NCBI GenBank assembly: GCA_965242525.1 | Contig: OZ251459.1 | Location: forward strand, 3,456,001 to 3,520,000 | Direction: 5' to 3' | Length of the DNA: 64,000 nucleotides | Source: an uncultured Candidatus Binatia bacterium | GTDB lineage: Bacteria > Desulfobacterota > Binatia > UBA9968 > JAJDTQ01 | Part shown: positions 9,155 through 19,141 of the stretch, piece after piece | Layout of the letters: every line of letters starts with the position of its first letter | Numbering within the stretch: the first letter of the stretch is position 1 | The notes under the pieces: generated by a model | What the model was told of the DNA's origin: nothing | What the model saw: only the letters and a program-made list of their open reading frames with translations | Databases searched by the model: none | Program-made: the position numbers and the translations under genes

Positions 9155-12100
9155 ATGGTCCGGCAAACCGGCCAAGGCCCGGGAGAAGGTTGCCTGGACA
9201 AGCTCATCAACCCGTTTGCGGCCTGCTTCGACGCCATCAAGGGCCTGGATGTCTCCGAGGCCACCGAGCACACCCTGCGCGGGCCTTTGGAGACGCTGCT
9301 CGAGGCGATGGCCGCGGACGCCGGCCCCGGCCTCCGCGTCGTCCACGAACCCAAGCGGGACCCGGCCGGCCTGGGCGCGCCGGACTTCAAGGTCAAGCGG
9401 CACGAGGCCATCCTCGGCTACGTGGAGAACAAGAGGGTCGGCGCCGACCTCGACGCCGTGCTGCAATCGGACCAGATCGCCAAATACAGGAAGCTGTCCG
9501 GCAACATCGTCCTGACCAACTACCTGGAATGGATCTGGCTGAAGGACGGCGAGGTCAACCGGCGGGAAACCCTCTGCTCCGCCAGCGCGGTGGGGAACCG
9601 GCAGGCCCGGCTCGACCCGGACCGGGCCCACGAGGTCGCCGCGCTGGTCGCCGCGTTCCTGTCCACGCCGCCGGAAAAGCTGGGCAACGCCAGAAAACTG
9701 TCCGAGGCGCTGGCGGTGCGCTGCCATGACCTGCGCGATTTCCTGCTGGACGAGCTGGTGCGGCAGGACTCCTCACGGCGGAAGGGCCGGCTCTACGGCT
9801 TGTACGACGTGTTCCGGCGAGACGTGTTCCATGAACTCGAACTCGGGGAATTCGCCGACGCCTTCGCCCAAACGCTGGGGTACGGCCTGTTCCTGGCGAA
9901 ACTCAACGCCGGGGAGCGCACGCCCGTCACCCTGCACGATACGAAACGCTACGTGCCCGCCCATTTCGCGTTGATCCGCGAACTGGTGGACTTCCTGGGC
10001 GAACTGGAACAGGAGGAATACCGGGGGATCCGATGGCTGGTGGAGGAAATCCTCAGCATCATGAACACCCTGGACCTCGCCGCGGTCCTCGAAGACCTGG
10101 CCTTCACCAGGCCGCAAGCGCGGCCGGCGGACCCCGTCGAAGAAGATCGCCTGCTGTTCGCCAAAGACCCTTACGTCTATTTCTACGAAGACTTCCTGAA
10201 AGCCTACGACCGGGAAACCCGCAAGGCCCGGGGCGTGTACTACACGCCGCCGCCGGTGGTGAACTTCATCGTCCGCGCGGTGGACGACATCCTGAAGGAC
10301 ACCTTCGGCATCGCCGCGGGGCTGGCCGACCGCAAGCGCGTGACCGTGCTGGACTTCGCCACCGGCACGGGCACCTTCCTGCTGGAGGTGCTGCAACGGA
10401 TATTCGAGACGGCGGCCCCGGGCGTGCGCGGCCAGGTCGTGAGGGAACACGTCCTGAAGAACCTGTACGGCTTCGAGTACCTCATCGCGCCCTATACCAT
10501 CGCCCACCTGAAGCTGTCGCAATTCCTGCACGACCGGGGCTACGACATGCAGTCCGGCGAGCGGCTGCAAATCTACCTGACCAACGCCCTGGAGCCCATC
10601 GAGGCCCAGGCCAACTGGCTGCTGCCCGCCCTGTCGCGGGAAGTCGAAGCCGCGCAGCACATCAAGGACAACCCCATCCTGGTCATTACCGGCAACCCCC
10701 CCTATGCCGGCCACTCCCGGAACACCGGCGCGTGGATTACGGAGAAGATCAACGCCTACAAGACCGTGGACGGCAAGCCGCTGGGCGAAAGGAACCTCAA
10801 GTGGCTGCAGGACGATTACGTCAAGTTCGTCCGTTTCGCCCAATGGAAGATGGAGCAGGCAGAGGAAGGCGTGGTCGGCATCGTCACCAACCATTCCTTT
10901 CTGGACAACCCCACGTTCCGGGGCATGCGGCAGTCGTTGATGCAGACCTTCCACCGGTTGTACGTGCTCGACCTGCACGGCAATGCGAAGAAGAAGGAAC
11001 GGACGCCCGAGGGGGGCAAGGACGAGAACGTGTTCGACATCGAGCAGGGCGTGGCGGTCTCCCTGCTGGTGAAGAAGAAGGGGCTGCAACGGGGCGTGTA
11101 CCACGCCGACCTGTGGGGTCGGCGGACGGAGAAGTACAGGGCCTTGCTGGAAGCGGAGAAAGACACCGTGGAGTGGACGGAACTGAACCCGTCTCCCCCC
11201 TTCCGCCTGTTCATTCCGCAGGACGAAAAACTGCGGGACGAGTACGAACGGGGATGGAAGGTGACGGACATCTTTCCGGTCAATTCCGTGGGGGTCACGA
11301 CCGCGCGAGACCGTCTGAGCATCCACTATACGGAAGACGAGCTGTGGAGGACCGTCCGGGACTTTGCCGCCTTGCCGGCGAACGAAGCCCGTGAGAAGTA
11401 CAAGCTGGGAAACGACGCCAGGGATTGGAAAGTGGAGCTCGCCCAGCGTGACTTGCAGAGGAGCGGACCGTCGAAAGAGCGTGTGGTTCCCATTGCCTAT
11501 CGTCCGTTCGACGTGCGCCATACCTACTACACCGGCCATTCGCGCGGGTTCCACTGCAAGCCGCGCGGAGCCGTCATGCGGCACATGCTGGCCGGGGAAA
11601 ACATCGGCATCGTTACGACACGGCAGACGAAAGACGATTGGGCCGTGTTTGCGACCGCCCACATCACCGGACACAAATCGGGCAGCCGTTACGACATAAG
11701 CTACCTCTTTCCTCTCTACCTCTATCCGCCGCCGGAAGGAGAGGAAAGCAGGGATGCGCTGTTCGGCGCCTCCAAAGGCAAGGGGCGAACCGAAAACTTC
11801 AGCCGGGGGTTCCGCGCCTTCCTGGACGAAAAGTACGGACGCCGTTACAGCCCCGAAGACGTCTTTGGCTATATGTACGCAGTGCTGTACAGCCCCACCT
11901 ACCGCGAAAGGTATCGGGACTTCCTGGCGCGGGACTTTCCACGCGTGCCGTTCGTCGACGCACGAGAGACCTTCGAGACGTTATCGGCGCTCGGCCGGGA
12001 ATTGGCCCGGACGCACCTGCTCGAAACCGTCCCGACTTCCTTGAAGGTGGAGTCTCCCCCCGGCGACTACACGGTCGAGAGGCCCGTCTACGAGCCGCGG

Positions 12101-12322
12101 CGCGAACGCCTGCACATCAACGAGGCGCAGTACTTCTCCCCGACGCCGCAAGACGTCTGGGACTTCCACATCGACGGCTACCGGGTGCTCGACAAGTACC
12201 TGAAATCCCGCAAGGGCCGGACGCTCTCCCTCGACGAGATCGAGACCGTACAAGCCGTCGTCAACGTCCTGCGCTTCACCATCGACCAGATGCAGCGGAT
12301 CGACGCCTGCTGGAGCCCGTGA
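9155..12322 (+). CDS. Type IIG / ISP-like restriction-modification fusion (nuclease + N6-adenine MTase + specificity domain)
   Basis: APDF..GYVENK nuclease motif, RGVYYTP, VLDFATGTGTF, GNPPY, LlaBIII-like C-terminus (YRPFD, DFPRVP); no helicase motifs seen. Confidence 0.88.
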   Translation: MVRQTGQGPGEGCLDKLINPFAACFDAIKGLDVSEATEHTLRGPLETLLEAMAADAGPGLRVVHEPKRDPAGLGAPDFKVKRHEAILGYVENKRVGADLDAVLQSDQIAKYRKLSGNIVLTNYLEWIWLKDGEVNRRETLCSASAVGNRQARLDPDRAHEVAALVAAFLSTPPEKLGNARKLSEALAVRCHDLRDFLLDELVRQDSSRRKGRLYGLYDVFRRDVFHELELGEFADAFAQTLGYGLFLAKLNAGERTPVTLHDTKRYVPAHFALIRELVDFLGELEQEEYRGIRWLVEEILSIMNTLDLAAVLEDLAFTRPQARPADPVEEDRLLFAKDPYVYFYEDFLKAYDRETRKARGVYYTPPPVVNFIVRAVDDILKDTFGIAAGLADRKRVTVLDFATGTGTFLLEVLQRIFETAAPGVRGQVVREHVLKNLYGFEYLIAPYTIAHLKLSQFLHDRGYDMQSGERLQIYLTNALEPIEAQANWLLPALSREVEAAQHIKDNPILVITGNPPYAGHSRNTGAWITEKINAYKTVDGKPLGERNLKWLQDDYVKFVRFAQWKMEQAEEGVVGIVTNHSFLDNPTFRGMRQSLMQTFHRLYVLDLHGNAKKKERTPEGGKDENVFDIEQGVAVSLLVKKKGLQRGVYHADLWGRRTEKYRALLEAEKDTVEWTELNPSPPFRLFIPQDEKLRDEYERGWKVTDIFPVNSVGVTTARDRLSIHYTEDELWRTVRDFAALPANEAREKYKLGNDARDWKVELAQRDLQRSGPSKERVVPIAYRPFDVRHTYYTGHSRGFHCKPRGAVMRHMLAGENIGIVTTRQTKDDWAVFATAHITGHKSGSRYDISYLFPLYLYPPPEGEESRDALFGASKGKGRTENFSRGFRAFLDEKYGRRYSPEDVFGYMYAVLYSPTYRERYRDFLARDFPRVPFVDARETFETLSALGRELARTHLLETVPTSLKVESPPGDYTVERPVYEPRRERLHINEAQYFSPTPQDVWDFHIDGYRVLDKYLKSRKGRTLSLDEIETVQAVVNVLRFTIDQMQRIDACWSP

Positions 12323-12332
12323 GGAAGCTCCC

Positions 12333-13154
12333 GTGTCCAGGATCATCACCCTGACCACCGACTTCGGCCATCGGGACCCTTTCGTGGGCATCATGAAGGG
12401 AGTCATCGCCGCCATCGACCCCGGCGCAACCGTGGTGGACCTGACCCACGGCGTCGCTCCCCAGGACGTCACCGGCGGGGCCCTGGCCCTGGCGGCCGCG
12501 GTGGACTACTTTCCCGCGGGCGCGGTCCACTTGGCGGTGGTGGACCCCGGGGTCGGCAGCGCGCGGCGCGCCCTCCTGCTCGAAACCGACCGGGCCTTCT
12601 ACGTGGGGCCCGACAACGGACTCCTGCGGCTGGCCGCGGACCGGCAACGGCTGGTCCGCGCCGTCCACCTGTCGAACCCCGATTACCACCTGCGGCCCAC
12701 CAGCGCGACGTTCCATGGCCGGGACGTGTTCGCTCCCGTGGCCGCCCATGTGTCCCTGGGCGCGCCGCCGGAGCGACTCGGCGAGACCGTGGAAGCCTGC
12801 GAGGAGCTGGCCCTGCCGAAGCCGGAAAGGGACGGCGAGGGAGGCCTGGCCGGCCAGGTGATCCATATCGACGGCTTCGGCAACCTCACCACCAACCTCC
12901 GCCTCGGGGACCTGGAGCCGTTGGGCGGGGACCGCGTCTCGTTCCGAATCGGCGGCCGGGTGATCCGGGGACTGTCGGCCAGCTACGCCTCGGCCGGACC
13001 CGGCAACTACCTCGCGCTCGTCAACAGTTGGGAGCTGCTCGAAATATCCCGGTGCAACGGCAGCGCCGAAGCCGGACTCGGCGTCCGGGTCGGCGACCGG
13101 GTGGCAGCGCGTCCTTCGACTCCGCTTCGCTACGCTCAGGACGAACGGGGATAG
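12333..13154 (+). CDS. SAM hydrolase / SAM-dependent halogenase family (DUF62)
   Basis: ITLTTDFG, VVDPGVG, GPDNG, TFHGRDVF, IDGFGN. Confidence 0.93.
   Translation: MSRIITLTTDFGHRDPFVGIMKGVIAAIDPGATVVDLTHGVAPQDVTGGALALAAAVDYFPAGAVHLAVVDPGVGSARRALLLETDRAFYVGPDNGLLRLAADRQRLVRAVHLSNPDYHLRPTSATFHGRDVFAPVAAHVSLGAPPERLGETVEACEELALPKPERDGEGGLAGQVIHIDGFGNLTTNLRLGDLEPLGGDRVSFRIGGRVIRGLSASYASAGPGNYLALVNSWELLEISRCNGSAEAGLGVRVGDRVAARPSTPLRYAQDERG
13108..13151 (-). repeat. REP-A inside the 3' end of the DUF62 gene
   Basis: GCGCGTCCTTCGACTCCGCTTCGCTACGCTCAGGACGAACGGGG encodes the last ~15 residues. Confidence 0.9.
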
Positions 13155-13173
13155 CAAAGGTGGCTCTTCCGAC

Positions 13174-13404
13174 TTTCGTGTGGGTAAGGAAGGAAAGGGA
13201 AGCGACATCTCCGCGGACGCTCACCCGTCATTCCCGCGAAAGCGGGAATCCATCCGCTTTCCTCGCTCTCGTTGTACAAACCCTCATACATGGCACCCAC
13301 GGGGTTTGTTTGCTCGCAAGGTCTGGATTCCCGCTTTCGCGGGAATGACGAGGCGAGGCTTTCGCGGGGATGACGGGATGGGGAGTGTCGCAACCCACAC
13401 GAAT
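13174..13404. repeat. REP-B inverted doublet (13226-13251 / 13325-13350) inside outer inverted motif D
   Basis: Two opposed REP-B with a 73-bp spacer, an extra half-REP, and outer TTTCGTGTGGGT / ACCCACACGAAT. Confidence 0.88.
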
Positions 13405-13444
13405 TCCTGAAGCGCCGCAAAGGTCTCGGAGCCGGCGCCGTTCG

Positions 13445-13523
13445 ACAGGAAGGAAGCCGGGACGAAGGGTCTGTAAACAGGGACGGCTACCGGGCTATCA
13501 TACGGCCTTGCGGCGGCAGCTAC
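13445..13523 (+). repeat. Element C, third copy (possible promoter of the deaminase gene)
   Basis: High identity to 471-548 and 614-691; contains GTAAAC-N17-TATCAT. Confidence 0.8.
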
Positions 13524-13576
13524 CTTGAGACCCTGACAGCGGGTACGGCGCCCGGAACCCCACGGGAGAGGTCGCC

Positions 13577-14041
13577 ATGGCGGACGAAAGACTGAGTTGG
13601 GACCAGTATTTCATGACCATCACCCGGCAGGTGGCGGAACGGTCCACCTGCACCCGGGCCAAGGTGGGCGCGGTGATCGTCCGGGACCGGAGCATCCTCG
13701 CCACGGGCTACAACGGCGCCCCCGCGGGCATGCCCCATTGCACCGAGGCGGGCTGCCTCGTCTATGAGTCCAGGACTCCCAACGGGGAGGTCGAGCAGAA
13801 CTGCTTCCGCACCATACACGCAGAGATCAACGCCATCGCGCAGGCGGCCAAGAACGGCGCCAGCATCAAGGAAGCCTCCATCTACATCACCCACACCCCG
13901 TGCATCCACTGCCTCAAAGTCCTGGTCAACACGGGGGTGCGCGAGATCTTCTACGAGAAACCCTACAAGCTGGACACCGTGACCGACATCCTCGAGCACA
14001 CCGAGGTCACGCTGCATCCGGTGGCCATGCCCGTGCGGTGA
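13577..14041 (+). CDS. dCMP deaminase / ComEB family
   Basis: RSTC..VGAVIV, TGYNG, HAEINAI, PCIHC. Confidence 0.92.
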   Translation: MADERLSWDQYFMTITRQVAERSTCTRAKVGAVIVRDRSILATGYNGAPAGMPHCTEAGCLVYESRTPNGEVEQNCFRTIHAEINAIAQAAKNGASIKEASIYITHTPCIHCLKVLVNTGVREIFYEKPYKLDTVTDILEHTEVTLHPVAMPVR

Positions 14042-14288
14042 GCGCCGCGGCCTCCGGGCGGTTGCTTCCCGGAGGATGATGTTCTCGTTGGCGCAGAGAA
14101 GACAGGGGGGTTCGGCGGCCCTTCCCACGCCCCGGCCCGATACCCCGAAAGGTTCAGGCCGCCCAACGGGTTGTGGCGGGGTTCGCCACCGGACCGGGGC
14201 GCGCCGGGTCGACGGCACGGCCCGCGCGAGGGCGGGCGCGTGCTCGTCGAGAGTGGCCGCGCCGGGAGGGCGCGGGGCGCAGGAGCGC

Positions 14289-14615
14289 CTAGACCTTGCC
14301 CGCCAGGATGAAGGCGATGATCAAGGCGTAGATGCCCAGCGCTTCGATGAGGGCCAGGGACAGGATCAACGGGGTGAAGATCTTGTCCGCGGAGTTGGGG
14401 TTGCGGCCGATGCTTTCCATGGCGGCGCCGCCGACCCGGCCTTGCGCGAGCGCGCAGCCGAACGCGGCGATGGCGATGCCGAGGCCTGCGCCCAGCGCAA
14501 CGATACCCGGGACCATGCTCGCCCCGCTGCCGCCCGCGGCGTCGGCCGCGGCGGCGACCCCCGACAGGGTCAGCAGGAAGAGCCCCGTGAGAACGTAAGC
14601 CGTCAGTTGCTTCAT
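14289..14615 (-). CDS. atpE: ATP synthase F0 subunit c
   Basis: GLGIAIAAFG, RNP loop, LALIEAL; N-terminal leader extension. Confidence 0.93.
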   Translation of the reverse strand: MKQLTAYVLTGLFLLTLSGVAAAADAAGGSGASMVPGIVALGAGLGIAIAAFGCALAQGRVGGAAMESIGRNPNSADKIFTPLILSLALIEALGIYALIIAFILAGKV

Positions 14616-14689
14616 CTGTTCCTCCTTTCCGGCGCTGCGGAACGGTTCGCCAACCTCTCCTCTTCCTCCTCTACGGAACCTCGCAACGC

Positions 14690-15394
14690 TCAATGATCGT
14701 GGCTCATGGCCAGAGACGCATAGATCATGCTCAACAGTGTGAAGACGAACGCCTGGATCACCGACACCAGGGCCCCGAGCAGGTAGAAGAGCACCGGCAC
14801 CGCCACATAGGTGAGCGCGGTGAAGATCTCCACCACCAGGTGGTCGGCGAACATGTTGAAGGCCAGCCGCAGGCCCAACGTGAGCGGCCGGAACATGTGG
14901 GAGAACACCTCGATCAGGAAGAACAGCGGCGCGATCAACAGGAACGGCCCCATGAACTGCTTGACGTAGCTGCCGCCGTGCTCCCGGATGCCGAAGTAGT
15001 GGTAGGCGCCGAAGGAGACCAGGCCCAGGCCCAGGGTGATGTTGAGGTTGCTGGTGGGGGGCGAGAACCCCGGCACCAGGCCGATGAAGTTGGAGAGCAG
15101 GATGAAGATGAAGAACGTGCCGTAGAGGGAGAGGTAGCGTCGTCCCTTGGGGCCGATGACGCTGTCGCTCAACGCCGCCACGAACTCGATCAGGAGCTGG
15201 AAGACGTTCACCAGGGTGATGCGGTCGCTGGGGATCACCGCGTCATGGGTGTCCAGCAGGCGGCGCCTGACGCCCAGAGCCAGGACCACCAGCAACCCCA
15301 TGGCCACCAGCGAGAAGAACAGCGGCATGGACAGGACGCCCTGCAAGGACGCGGGTATCAGGTCGTACCAAGTGAATGGATGATGTCCCATCAA
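14690..15394 (-). CDS. atpB: ATP synthase F0 subunit a
   Basis: PPTSNLN, RPLTLGLRLAFNM, IQAFVFTLL. Confidence 0.95.
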   Translation of the reverse strand: MMGHHPFTWYDLIPASLQGVLSMPLFFSLVAMGLLVVLALGVRRRLLDTHDAVIPSDRITLVNVFQLLIEFVAALSDSVIGPKGRRYLSLYGTFFIFILLSNFIGLVPGFSPPTSNLNITLGLGLVSFGAYHYFGIREHGGSYVKQFMGPFLLIAPLFFLIEVFSHMFRPLTLGLRLAFNMFADHLVVEIFTALTYVAVPVLFYLLGALVSVIQAFVFTLLSMIYASLAMSHDH

Positions 15395-15398
15395 AGAG

Positions 15399-15764
15399 TT
15401 ACCGTCCGGTATCGTAGAGCCGATCCCACAGGATGGCCGGGATCAGGCAGTTGACCCCCACCGCGAACGAGAGCGCGTCCGGCGCCATGCGGGTCAACAA
15501 CATCCAGGAAGCTCCCAGCAGGAAGCCGAACTTGAGGACCAGCAGGGTCACCCCCGCCCGGACCCTTCCCTTGCTCGCGAACGGCGCGATCACCCACCTG
15601 ACGCCGACGGCCAGCAACAGGAAGTTCACGCCCATGAACAGCCCGCCCCACAGCAACCCGCCCGGCTCCACCCAATCCAGCGGGGCGAGGGCGAGCAGCG
15701 CAACCAGGAGCCCGTGCCAGAGGGCCACCCGCCACACCGGGAGTCCGCGGGACTCCCAACTCAC
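15399..15764 (-). CDS. atpI: ATP synthase protein I
   Basis: Hydrophobic ORF with GVNFLLL and LKF motifs; GTGA overlap with the upstream gene. Confidence 0.7.
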   Translation of the reverse strand: MSWESRGLPVWRVALWHGLLVALLALAPLDWVEPGGLLWGGLFMGVNFLLLAVGVRWVIAPFASKGRVRAGVTLLVLKFGFLLGASWMLLTRMAPDALSFAVGVNCLIPAILWDRLYDTGR

Positions 15765-16036
15765 GGCCGCTCCGCGGAGAAGTGCCGCAACAGCAGCACG
15801 AGGCGGTAGAAGGCGATGGCCAGCCCCAGCAGGCCCAGCGCCAGCACCATCCACGGAGAACTGCCCAGGTATTGGTCCGCATAGTAACCGAGGACCAGAC
15901 CGGCTCCCACCGTGGAAGGGAACTCGAAGCCCACCGCCGTGTATTTGGCGGCTCGAAAGAGGACGGGACTCTTCCGGGGGGCTCCCTCCTGGCCCTCTCC
16001 CCGGCCTTCCCGACGGTCCTCCTGCTCACCGCTCAC
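15761..16036 (-). CDS. atpZ: AtpZ/AtpI family protein
   Basis: VGFEF..GYYADQYLGSSPW..GL motif. Confidence 0.8.
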   Translation of the reverse strand: MSGEQEDRREGRGEGQEGAPRKSPVLFRAAKYTAVGFEFPSTVGAGLVLGYYADQYLGSSPWMVLALGLLGLAIAFYRLVLLLRHFSAERP

Positions 16037-16045
16037 TGGCTGGTT

Positions 16046-16074
16046 CTAGTAACATGCGGGCCTCCGCGGGTCAA
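16046..16074 (-). promoter_or_regulatory. sigma70-type promoter of the atp F0 operon
   Basis: TTGACC-N17-TACTAG on the minus strand. Confidence 0.5.
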
Positions 16075-16203
16075 CGCCTGCGGGCATGGAGTCACTGCGC
16101 CAAGCCTTCCGCACGGCCCTTCCCCGGGCGTCGAGAAGAGCGCGGGGAGGCCTTCGGACATACTTTCCGGGTCTTCCGGCTTTCGTGTGGGTCAACGACC
16201 CCG

Positions 16204-17502
16204 TCAGCGGGAGCCTTCCCCCTCGGCCCAGTCGGCGAACGCCGCCGCGGTGGCGGCGATGTCCTCCTCGCTGTGGGCCAACGACAGGAACAGCGCCTCG
16301 AACTGCGACGGCGGCAGATAGACGCCTCGCTCCAGCATGCCATGGAAGAAGCGCGCAAAGCGCTCCCGGTCGCAACCCCGGGCGTGGTCGGCCCGGGCCA
16401 CCCGATCGGGGCCGAAGAACACCGTCAGCATGGAGCCTACGCGGTTCACCGTGCCCCGAAGGCCGGAGGAGGAGAACCCCGCCTCGAGCCCCTCCTCCAG
16501 CAGCCGCCCCTTCTCTTCCAGCTCCCGGTACGCCCCCGGCGCCTCCAACGCCTTCAGGGTGGCCAAGCCCGCGGCCACCGTCACCGGGTTCCCGGAAAGG
16601 GTGCCGGCCTGGTAAACCGGGCCCGCGGGCGCGAGGCAGCCCATGAGATCGCGCCGGCCGCCGAAGGCGCCCACCGGCAGCCCGCCCCCCAGGACCTTGC
16701 CCAGGCAGGTGAGGTCCGGGGTCACGCCGTACCGTTCCCGGGCTCCGCCCGGGGCCACGCGAAAACCGGTGATCACCTCGTCGAAGATCAGCACCGCGCC
16801 CCAGCGGGACGCCGACTCCCTCAAGGACTCGAGGAACCCGGGCTCCGGCGGGATCACGCCCATGTTGCCGCACACGGGCTCGACGATGACCGCGGCCAGC
16901 TCTTCGCGGTGCTCCCGCATCAGGCGCTCGGCGGAGCCCGCGTCGTTGAACTCGGCGACCAGGGTCTCGCCGGTGAAGCTCTCCGGGACTCCGGCGCTGT
17001 CCGGCAGGGACAGGCTGGCCACCCCCGATCCGGCCCTGGCCAGCAGCGCGTCCACGTGCCCGTGGTAGCAACCGTCGAACTTCAGCACCTTGGTCCTGCC
17101 TGTGTAGCCGCGCGCGACCCGCAGGGCGCTCATGGCGGCCTCGGTGCCCGAGTTGACCAGGCGCAGTTGCTCGATCCCCTCCATGCGCGCACCCACGAGC
17201 TCCGCCAACTCCAGCTCCCCCCTGGTCGGGGCGCCGAACCCGGCGCCCGCGGACGCGGCGCGGACGACGGCTTCCACCACGGGCGGAGGCGCGTGGCCCA
17301 GGATCAGCGGCCCCCAGGCGCACACGTAGTCCAGGTACCGGCGGCCGTCCTCGTCGAAGACCTTCGAGCCCGCCGCGCGCGCGATGTACAGGGGCTCGCC
17401 GCCCACCGCGCTCCATGCCCGAACCGGGCTGTTGACCCCTCCCGGCACGACCCGCCGGGAGCGCTCGAACAGCCCGGACGAAACCGAGTCAGCGCGGCCC
17501 AT
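16204..17502 (-). CDS. hemL: Glutamate-1-semialdehyde 2,1-aminomutase
   Basis: PGGVNSPVR, NSGTEA, YHGH, FDEVITGFR, LGKVLGGG, YQAGTLSGNP. Confidence 0.97.
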   Translation of the reverse strand: MGRADSVSSGLFERSRRVVPGGVNSPVRAWSAVGGEPLYIARAAGSKVFDEDGRRYLDYVCAWGPLILGHAPPPVVEAVVRAASAGAGFGAPTRGELELAELVGARMEGIEQLRLVNSGTEAAMSALRVARGYTGRTKVLKFDGCYHGHVDALLARAGSGVASLSLPDSAGVPESFTGETLVAEFNDAGSAERLMREHREELAAVIVEPVCGNMGVIPPEPGFLESLRESASRWGAVLIFDEVITGFRVAPGGARERYGVTPDLTCLGKVLGGGLPVGAFGGRRDLMGCLAPAGPVYQAGTLSGNPVTVAAGLATLKALEAPGAYRELEEKGRLLEEGLEAGFSSSGLRGTVNRVGSMLTVFFGPDRVARADHARGCDRERFARFFHGMLERGVYLPPSQFEALFLSLAHSEEDIAATAAAFADWAEGEGSR

Positions 17503-17755
17503 GACGCCTCCCGAAACGAGCCTCCGTCCGGTCCCGCGGGGCCTGCCCACCGCCCCGGCCACCGCTCCCCGACCCGCCGCCGATGCGGAACCTGTCGAGT
17601 TCCTTACGGAAAATCCGGGCGGCTCTTTTCCTCTTGCAATGCAGGAGAGAAAGCATTAAGAGAACTCCCTTCCCGGCGTCCCGAGTTGGTTCCGAAACAC
17701 ACTTTGGCGACAGGCTTGATCCGTATCGAAGCGAGGTCCCCGGGCCGGTTCGAGG

Positions 17756-17787
17756 TTATCCACATCTGTTGACAGGATTGTTGATAA
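17756..17787. promoter_or_regulatory. DnaA boxes upstream of dnaA
   Basis: Perfect TTATCCACA 17756-17764; TGTTGATAA 17779-17787; weaker TGTTGACAG between. Confidence 0.85.
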
Positions 17788-17806
17788 CTGCCTCTTGCGC
17801 AAGCAC

Positions 17807-19141
17807 ATGGACACGATGAACCCGCTACCGCACGAGGTGCTGGAAAGGCTGGAGGAAAGGCTCGGCTTACACAATTTCGGCACCTGGATCAAACCGCTGC
17901 GGCTTGCCGGAGCCGACAACGGAGAGGTCACCATCGCGGTCCCCAGCACCCTCTTCCGCGACTGGCTCAAGGACAACTACCTGGACTGCATCGAGGAAGA
18001 GTTCCGCCGCCTTTCCGAACGGCCCGTGCGCGTCAAGCTGTCGGTCCGCCCGTCGCAGCGTCCCGGAAAAGGCGAAGGGGAGGCTCCCAACCCCGCCCGG
18101 AGACCGCGCCAGCGCGAACCGCGGACGACCCTGATCCCGCGCTACACCTTCGACAACTTCGTGGTGGGCGCGAGCAACCAGTTCGCCCACGCAGCCTGCG
18201 AGGCCGTCGCCGACAACCCCGCGGACCGCTACAACCCGCTCTTCGTCTATGGCGGCGTCGGCCTGGGCAAGACCCACCTGGTGAACGCGGTGGGGCACCG
18301 GCTGCTCCATCGAAACCCGCGCCAGAAGGTCATCTACACGACGTTCGAGTCGTTCATGAACCAGCTCATCGTCTCCGTGCGCGAGAACCGCATGAACGAG
18401 TTCAAGAACCACTTCCGCAACGTGGACGTGCTGATCGTGGACGACATCCAGTTCATCGCCGGCAAGGAACGGACCCAGGAGGAGTTCTTCCATACCTTCA
18501 ACTCCCTCTACGAGAACCGCAAGCAGATCATCGTGACGTCGGACCGTTTCCCCAAGGAGATCCCCGGTCTGGAGGACCGCCTCCGAAACCGCTTCGAGTG
18601 GGGTCTCGCCGCGGACATCCAGCCGCCGGACATCGAGACCCGGCTCGCCATACTGTGCAACAAGGCCGAGGCCGAAGCCATCGACCTGCCCCAGGACGTG
18701 GCCAACTTCCTGGCCACCAACATCTGGTCGAACATCCGGGAACTGGAAGGCGCCCTCACCCGCCTCGGGGCTTTCGCCTCGCTGAACAACGCCGACATCA
18801 CCATTTCCCTGGCCAAGGAGGTGCTGCGGCATACGCTCAGGGACAACGAGAAACAGATCACCGTGCGGAACATCCAGAACGTGGCCGCGGACCATTTCGA
18901 CGTCAAGGTGGGCGACCTCAAGTCCAAGCGACGCCCCAAGAACCTGGTCCTTGCCCGCCAAGTGGCCATGTACCTCTGCCGCAAGTTCACCTCGACTTCC
19001 TTTCCCGCCATCGGCGCCGAGTTCGGCGGCAGGGACCATTCGACGGTCATCCACGCAACCAAGGCCGTCGAGAAGAAGCTCCTGGGCGACTCCGAACTGA
19101 AGTCCACCGTGGACCGGATCGTGCGCCAACTCAAGAACTGA
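17807..19141 (+). CDS. dnaA: Chromosomal replication initiator DnaA
   Basis: YTFDNFVVG, YGGVGLGKTH, DDIQF, QEEFFHTFN, GGRDHSTV. Confidence 0.99.
   Translation: MDTMNPLPHEVLERLEERLGLHNFGTWIKPLRLAGADNGEVTIAVPSTLFRDWLKDNYLDCIEEEFRRLSERPVRVKLSVRPSQRPGKGEGEAPNPARRPRQREPRTTLIPRYTFDNFVVGASNQFAHAACEAVADNPADRYNPLFVYGGVGLGKTHLVNAVGHRLLHRNPRQKVIYTTFESFMNQLIVSVRENRMNEFKNHFRNVDVLIVDDIQFIAGKERTQEEFFHTFNSLYENRKQIIVTSDRFPKEIPGLEDRLRNRFEWGLAADIQPPDIETRLAILCNKAEAEAIDLPQDVANFLATNIWSNIRELEGALTRLGAFASLNNADITISLAKEVLRHTLRDNEKQITVRNIQNVAADHFDVKVGDLKSKRRPKNLVLARQVAMYLCRKFTSTSFPAIGAEFGGRDHSTVIHATKAVEKKLLGDSELKSTVDRIVRQLKN

Noticed and set aside
12333-13154. Fluorinase/chlorinase call
   Set aside because: TFHGRD motif and context fit the common DUF62 SAM hydrolase; halogenase activity cannot be inferred
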